Of a stretch of DNA of 64,000 bases, positions 56,172 through 64,000 are shown in pieces (position 1 is the stretch's first letter; every line of letters begins with the position of its first letter). The position numbers were made by a program, and so were the translations under genes. The stretch is taken from contig OZ024745.1 of NCBI GenBank assembly GCA_964016885.1, forward strand, positions 45,446,001 through 45,510,000. The letters are read 5' to 3'. The notes under the pieces were generated by a model. That model was not told where the DNA came from, ran no database searches, and saw only the letters and a program-made list of their open reading frames with translations. The stretch is from Eledone cirrhosa (lineage: Eukaryota).

Positions 56172-57613
56172 TGTGTGTGTGTGTGTGTGCGTGTGTGTGC
56201 ATGTGTGTATATTTAACCCTATATCGACTAAATAAAATAAGGAAAAGTAAAATCCATCTATTTTCATATGCTACTATGTTACTCTTGCCATTGATTGGTG
56301 CATTAAAATCTGTAACCAAAGATGTTGTTGTCCACCATTTATATAATTAGTGTATGATCAGTAAGTTGTATGTGGTACATTTGTGGGTGTTTCAACGTTC
56401 ATGAAGGCAGTTATCATAGTATTAAGAGTTATATTTTGAGAGATGAAAATTGCAGACTTATGAGAATTACCTTCACGATCTTACATCTCTTTTATGTTTC
56501 ATAGAATAACAAATACTTTATCTAGTTTGGAGTTGAGAACTATGATTAGTTGGACATTGCGTACGCCGCCAGGCGATTGTGTCGAGAGATATCTTCTGAG
56601 TTGTGTTCTGGTTGCCAATCTTACGGGCATGTAGATTTGTAGACTAAATTGATTGTTTAAGAAAGATAACTCCAGTGAAGGCTGGATGTTTTATTTCTCT
56701 CAGTGTTACTATGTGTAAATAATTGCTCTAGTTTGTTGTTACGATTCATGTAATGGTGGCTATGAGTATATAAATTATTTTAACGAAACAATATTGTTTC
56801 ATATTATTTCAAACAGTCATTTGGTTTTCATTTGCAGTTGAAGAAGATTGCGTCTGTTTTTGTTTACTTCTACTATGATGATAATGATATAACCGTTATC
56901 AACTAATGTTTGTTTGTAATTAATATATGGAACTATTGTAGTCAACATAACCGTGCTTTGCAAAGAAGGATTTTATAACGGAAATATATAAAGAACAGTA
57001 CCTATTTTGTTTCAGGTAAACATATCTGTTATTAAGTTTGATGTAAATAGCAGGGGTGGTGGAAGCATTTCTGAATTGGAAGGAGAGGGCCAATTTGGTC
57101 AATTTAATTGTAATGATTAGTTTAGCTATTTGCACCCTCAAATGGTCAGAAAATTTCGATATGCGATAAACATAATATGTACATAAATTGTAGCACATAT
57201 CCAAATAGATGTGTGTTTTGGTAATTTGGGGAGAAAAATATAATTATTATGTGTATGTGTGTGAGAGGTGGGGGCATTGCCCCTGTCCCTACCCATCCGT
57301 TTCACCGCCCATGAATTGTAATGCTTACGCACTGAACATGTATTTTATGTTTACGATAAAAACTGAAAACCATTAATCTGATAAGAACCGAATAGTCCAT
57401 AGAACCAAATATAATCTTGTGTTTACGTTTCACTTATTGCGCACGTCTGCATTTATTCAGTAAAAGATAAAAGCATTCTTACTGCCTATTTCACGCTTCT
57501 TTTTATAATTCCCCCTCGAAAAATAAGACAATGGTCTTGTTTAAAAATACTTCTTAAAGGGTATTGTAAGATGAACGCTATTGTGGGTTGAGCCAGCTAA
57601 CCATCTAGTGTAG

Positions 57614-57784
57614 TTGCTGCTTCTGCTGCTACTACTACTGCTGCTCCTGCTGCTGCTGCTGCTGCTACTACTACTACTACTGCCACCACCACTCCTCCTC
57701 CTCCTCCTCCTCCTCCTCCTCCTCCGCCTCCTCCTCATACTACTACTACTACTACTACTACTACTACCACAACCACCACCGACA

Positions 57785-57859
<75 letters not shown>

Positions 57860-57913
57860 CACTACTCTATTACTATTACTACTGCTGCTACTACTACTAT
57901 TACTACTACCACC

Positions 57914-57994
<81 letters not shown>

Positions 57995-57995
57995 G
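57614..57995. repeat. Compound trinucleotide microsatellite (CTG/CTC/CTA/CAC)
   Basis: Direct reading; source of the poly-L/Y/T ORF artefacts. Confidence 0.95.
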
Positions 57996-58403
57996 CTTGT
58001 TATCATTTAAGATTATCAATTCCAAGCTTTCTCTCGTGTATTATGCGATCAATTTGGATGTTGAAAGTCCATAGCTTCCTTTTACCTGTTCGCTACCAGT
58101 GGCTTAGAATGGTCCCCGTACAAGTCTATTTAATTTATATTTCTCTGTAAATTCTAGTGCATGCTCTTGGCAATGTCATCACCCGCTTCCGTTTGTATGC
58201 CTTTTGTGATAGTTAACAGCTTTTGCTTACAATATGCGGCTGACAGCTACTCCTTTTGTTCTACATAATCTTCATAACGATTTTATTGGTGCTTTATTTC
58301 ATGCAATTAATGGTTAGGTATTGTTCTTGTGATGCATACATTACACGGTAGATCTCGATCTTAAGATATGAGCTACAAATTAATTCCATTAATTCTTCTT
58401 TGC

Positions 58404-58612
58404 ACCCGCCCTAGGGCGGGGGAGGAGGCGGGGGGTTGGTAGTATCCGTAGAGGGTCGGACGCCATGCTTTGAGGCATAGAGTTACCTCTCTTTATGATC
58501 TGAGTTCAAATCCCGCCGAGGTTAACTTTGCCTTTCATCCTTACGGGGGTCGATAAAATAAAGTACCAGTAATGCACTGGGTAATTCTGGCCTTGTGCCA
58601 AAAGTAGAAACA
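58404..58612 (+). mobile_element. SINE family 2, full length with G-rich 5' extension
   Basis: 16-bp TSD attaattcttctttgc; B box gagttcaaatcc. Confidence 0.9.
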
Positions 58613-60304
58613 ATTAATTCTTCTTTGCTGCATTTGTTAAGTCACCTCTGTATATTGTCATTGAAACAGTCAAAGTATTTATTGCCATTTGCGGAGAAAG
58701 AATCCCCGACTCCTTGGCTATCCTCAGACCGAACCCTTAGTTTCAAATGTTGCACACTGTGGACTTGGCCATAAGCGCACAAGAGCTAGATGGTCGCATA
58801 AAACAAGGTGGTGTATTAAGCATATCAGCTGTGTACATGTACATCCAACGGCCCTTTCTCTGTCCCCAGTTTCACTCGGTTGATCGAGTTATGGTATAAA
58901 ATATTTCTCCAATGTGCTGCAATTTGACATCGAATCTGTAACCACGTGATTACGTAGTATCTTCTTATACACGTCACCATGCCATTGTCCATATTGTGTA
59001 GATTTTAGAGGTGAAAGGAATAACAGTCAATAAGCGTATCTCGCAAGGACCTCTCGGGTCCATATTATCAAAAGTACTCATAACATAAAATGCACCTTTA
59101 AAAAAAGAGATGTGAAATGAAGACATATTCATGTGTGGTTTCAATTTGAAGATGTTTTTTGTTGCTGTTTCGTCAACTTAATTGCTTATAATCTTTGCAG
59201 GTAATTGATTTATAATTTGATTGGTCAGTCGATCCACACAGAAATTTTTGTAAAATGTAGATTACTGCCATACAACGAAATCAGTTCTTCATACTGTTTT
59301 TCAATTTCTTTAGTAGCATTCCGTCTCCATATAACCTTCTACTAAACTATATAAACACACAAAAATACAACCTTAAGAATTGACTTCATTGCGTAGATGT
59401 AATCAATTCTACACAGGAAGATGTGTATGGGTCGACCAATTATATTGACATGTTATGAAATATTGACTCCTAGCTCTGACAATAAACATCACTTCTTGCT
59501 AGGTAGAAGAAGTGAAGTTTGCAATTTCAATGGAAAAGTAATGTGTTTCGTGCCCTAAATGGGGATATAGAAGATCACCCGAAAGTTGCAACGAAGAAAA
59601 TAATGCGGATAGAATCGAAATTATTTTTGATTTATCATTTATATTATTCATTCATTTAAAGTTTTTTTTCTATGAATTTGTTAAGTTTCGCTGCCATTTA
59701 AAAACCTGTATTTATTAAAAACCTTCCTTGTACTTGTTATAATAATTACCATCTTAATTATTGCAATATCATAATTATGCTAGTAATATTTTTTTAAGTT
59801 GTTTATTATATTTGTTTTTGTTTTTCTAAATGTTCCCTATGTTATGTATAATTTATTTATAAACACCGTTGTAACTTGTCATTATACACAGTTATTTTTG
59901 TGTGCTCACTTTATATTGTGTCCTATTTTCCATTTGTTTGTGTGACCCTGTTATATTTGTAAATAAACGCATTTGCAAAGCCCTATATGTCTTTTGTTTT
60001 GATTTTTGCATGAATTTCTCCAATTGCTTATTTCACTTTGTTTCTTTGGTTAATTTTGCTTTATTTTCATTGTGGTTATTGTCGTTATTATTATTGTTGC
60101 CTGTTGTTATTCCTCAGTTTTTAGATAAGAAACTAATAGTTATCGTTTTGGAGATATATTTATTTAATACTTAATAGCTCCTTTCCTTAAAACCCATAAT
60201 ATCCGACAGATTATCTTCGGTTTTATTAGTAAAACAATTAAGAAGAATTGTTTCATTCTAATTATTTAAGCTTACCATACAAGAGCGAATGAATACGGAT
60301 GTCT

Positions 60305-60317
60305 TTATATATATATG

Positions 60318-60365
<48 letters not shown>

Positions 60366-60532
60366 AATATATATATGTATGTATATATACATACATATAT
60401 AAGAATATATATTTATATTCATATATACATGTATCAATATATATATACGTATATATATATATATATATAAATATATATATATATGTATATATATATGTAT
60501 GTATATATACATAAATACATACATATATATAA

Positions 60533-60607
<75 letters not shown>

Positions 60608-60762
60608 TATATGTATATATATACGTATATATATATTGATACATGTATATATGAATATAAATATATATTCTTATATATGTATGTATATATACATACATAT
60701 ATATTTATATACATATATATGTATGTATATATACATATATACATACATATATATAAATATAC

Positions 60763-60829
<67 letters not shown>

Positions 60830-61062
60830 TATATATATACATATATATCCAGTTCCCCAGTGAATTAACAACCCAACCAGGAACTGGGCATATCGGAATA
60901 TTGACAAAATTATACACCTCAACAACATATGTACTTGTCTATACCACACTAATTCGGACTGCCTGAAGAGGTCACAGCCAAAGATGGCTGTCGCCGAAAT
61001 ATATATAGCAGTAATAAACGAAGCCAAATTTTAAACATTTGACTTATTTATTTCATTTATTT

Positions 61063-61136
<74 letters not shown>

Positions 61137-61207
61137 TAAACATACATAAGAATATATATTAATATATATATATACATGTATCACTCTCTCTATATATATA
61201 TACATCC

Positions 61208-61242
<35 letters not shown>

Positions 61243-61384
61243 TATATATATATATACATATATATAAATATACATATATATAATTTTACATATATACATA
61301 TATATGAATTATATATATATATATATATATATATAAATTACATATATATATAAATATACATATACATATATATACATATATATG

Positions 61385-61447
<63 letters not shown>

Positions 61448-61650
61448 TATAAATTACATATATATATATATATACATATATATACATATATATATATAGA
61501 CATGCATATATATATATAACTATACATATACATATATATTTATACATATATATATACAAACACACACACACACACATATATATACATATATATATATACA
61601 TATATATATATAAATATATATACATATATATATATACATATATATATATA

Positions 61651-61690
<40 letters not shown>

Positions 61691-61713
61691 TAAATATATG
61701 CATATATATATAC

Positions 61714-61790
<77 letters not shown>
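60305..61790. repeat. Large degenerate (TA)n field hosting element insertions; one of many (TA)n/(CA)n/(GA)n/(TATG)n tracts in the window
   Basis: Direct reading. Confidence 0.95.
60958..61012 (+). ncRNA. Hammerhead family A
   Basis: Same motif; stem II closes ggt/gcc (first pair G-C). Confidence 0.8.
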
Positions 61791-61794
<4 letters not shown>

Positions 61795-61836
61795 ATAAAA
61801 AGGACGATTGATTATTCCTTCATTGCATTTATTGAT

Positions 61837-61923
61837 AGGTGACGCGCGTTTCGCCACTGATCAGCTCAAGGTTCGATCTATATCGATCCTACCCGACTCA
61901 ATAATCGGCAGCTCGACGGACCC
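61837..61923 (-). ncRNA. Hammerhead-like motif in the PLE pLTR (family D), long stem II, deviant core
   Basis: gggt-CCGTCGA-gctgccgat...atcagtggc-GAAAC-GCGC-GTC-acct, then AATAAA; same strand as the PLE ORF. Confidence 0.55.
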
Positions 61924-62199
61924 TCTTAAAATGCTATGAGAAAATGAAATACATGCTGCGAGGTCGTTGATATGAAATCGTGTGTCGAAACAAATATTGT
62001 TATACTTGGGGAGGATCTTATTTGTAATATTGCCAGAATTAATAACAGAACACACTCACTCTTTGGTTGGTTTTCGCTTTTCGCTTCTGTGTCTTTTATA
62101 TCGGTAATCTAATTTATTCGGTCCTCAATGTTGCCATTGACTGACCAGCGGTCAAAAATAATACAGATACAATATAGACACAAACACATATATATAGTT

Positions 62200-62245
62200 T
62201 ATCAAAGTTCTTTCGTTGCACATCTGCAACATCGTCAGCGGTGCT
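62200..62245 (-). ncRNA. Second hammerhead-like core in the PLE pLTR (mirrored at about 63545-63592, +)
   Basis: CTGACGA-t-gttgca(gatg)tgcaac-GAAA; stems I and III are not convincing. Confidence 0.35.
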
Positions 62246-62503
62246 ATTGTTTCCCCCTGTTACATTGTATTTTCTACGCCATCTTTACTTATTCTGTTTA
62301 TATATTTATTTATTTGTTTATTTTAGTTTGTCTTCTTTGCGTATGCGTTTGCGTGTGTGTATAGTGTTTTGTTTGATGTGTGTTCGTGATTGGGTGACTG
62401 TGTATTGGTTAATGTATTCTATCTTTACTAGTGTGTGTTTATATGTGTTTGTTGTTATTGTGCTTGTGTATGTATTTATTTATTTATTTATCTATTTATT
62501 TAT

Positions 62504-63497
62504 TTATACTTCTCTCAGGTCAGTGTTGTTTGTTTGGGTGTTTTTGTTATTACATTCATTCTTTCTGTTTAGCCTTGGCCTTCTAAGTTCTATTTCACTG
62601 GCCTCTCTGATTTGCCTATCTGCTGGGTCATTTCTATGTTTAGATATTATTCTAATTTCTATGTTGTCTATGTTACCGTCGTGTTGTTGTATGGCATGTT
62701 CGTATAGTACTGAACCGTTCTTTCGTCCTTTTAGTTCCCCCCAGTGTTGGTCTATCCTTTCACCTATGCTACGAGCTGTCTCGCCTATGTATGTTGTTGT
62801 CATGTTTCTGCAAGTACCTTCTGTACATCTTATGCTATAGACTACGTTTCTAGTTTTACAGTTTATCCGGGGGTTTACAACATATATGATACATTTCCTA
62901 TTAGTACAGTGGGTTTTCTTAAAAGGGTAGGTTTTGCTGATCAGGGATTTTATGGTGGTTCCTGGCTTTTCTACCACCTTAATCTTTAAGTGGGTCTTTC
63001 TCAGGGCCTTTCTACACTGATTAGCTAATTTCCCTCCAGGGGTAGCGTCCATAAACATGACACTATGGTATCTCTGGTTGTCGTACCATGAGGTGGCTTT
63101 CCCTATCTTATGTCTAGCCCTATCTAAGCTATTCCATGATTTGCTCCTGTATAATGGGCAAATTCCTTTCATGTCCAGTTCTATGAGGGTCTTATACTTC
63201 TCCATGGCTCCTTCGTATACTCTGACTCTGTCTCTTTGGTTGTAGCCAGAGAACTGCATGCGGTTGATGAAGTGTTGGATGTGTCTTTCCATTTCTGTTG
63301 GGTCGCACATGCGGGACACATTCTTCATCACTCGTTCCAAATCTGCGATCAGAATATTAAACTTAGCACTACTGGACATTGCTGAGTTTTTGAGTATCAG
63401 GTATTTGGAGGCCATGGGTTTAACATAGTGTGAGTGGAGAATTTGGGCTCTCTCGTCTATAGTGTTAATCCAGAGTTCCGTGTCTAATACAGGTAGT
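62504..63497 (-). CDS. PLE C-terminal RT/thumb, Cys linker and GIY-YIG endonuclease (partial)
   Basis: LPVLD, HYVKPMAS, CTNRKC...NCKTRNVVYSIRC..C..YIGETARSIGERIDQH, RQIREASEI..RPRLN; the ORF-track N-terminus above 63497 comes from the inverted pLTR. Confidence 0.9.
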
Positions 63498-63790
63498 CTA
63501 AATAAAGATGGCGTAGAAAATACAATGTAACGGGAGGAAACAATAGCACCACTGACGATGTTGCAGATGTGCAACGAAAGAACTTTGATAAACTATATAT
63601 ATGTGTTTGTGTCTATATTGTATCTGTATTATTTTTGACCGCTGGTCAGTCAATGGCAACATTGAGGACCGAATAAATTAGATTACCGATATAAAAGACA
63701 CAGAAGCGAAAAGCGAAAACCAACCAAACAGTGAGTGTGTTCTGTTATTAATTCTGGCAATATTACACAAATATGACCCTCCCCAAGTAT

Positions 63791-63863
<73 letters not shown>

Positions 63864-63886
63864 TATATAAATATATACACATATAT

Positions 63887-63949
<63 letters not shown>

Positions 63950-64000
63950 TATACATATATATATGTATGTATATATATATATATACACATATATATATAT

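Larger units (their letters stand above)
61790..63797 (-). mobile_element. 5'-truncated Penelope-like retroelement with inverted partial pLTR, inserted in (TA)n
   Basis: RT-thumb plus GIY-YIG ORF; 61994-62292 is repeated in inverted orientation at 63499-63797; microsatellites on both sides. Confidence 0.9.

Noticed and set aside
57541-58150. Poly-L/Y/T/S/V ORFs resembling a signal peptide or mucin
   Set aside because: Compound trinucleotide microsatellite with no splice or homology support

Overview
AT-rich, microsatellite-dense animal genomic DNA; the SINE and repeat content looks cephalopod (octopus-like), which is inference. The window lies inside a + strand Ret receptor tyrosine kinase gene. 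Six phase-consistent exons (15597-42409) encode the end of the cadherin-like region, the Cys-rich domain, an unusually long Pro-rich/CxC stalk, the TM helix and the juxtamembrane segment; 5' exons and kinase exons were not found here. The introns and flanks hold DNA transposons (mariner fossil, hAT with 8-bp TSD, Chapaev-type element with an open transposase ORF), LINE/CRE fragments, many tRNA-derived SINEs and Penelope-like elements (PLEs). The most striking signal is a set of short elements embedded in (TA)n microsatellites. They carry type I hammerhead ribozyme motifs of several sequence-unrelated families with shared architecture: palindromic loop III, an adjacent AATAAA, often an AUA triplet and a C-C mismatch in stem II, and a TYGAGTRCT tail motif. 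They also form near-perfect fold-back palindromes up to about 760 bp, one centred on a predicted self-cleavage site. All calls were made by eye.
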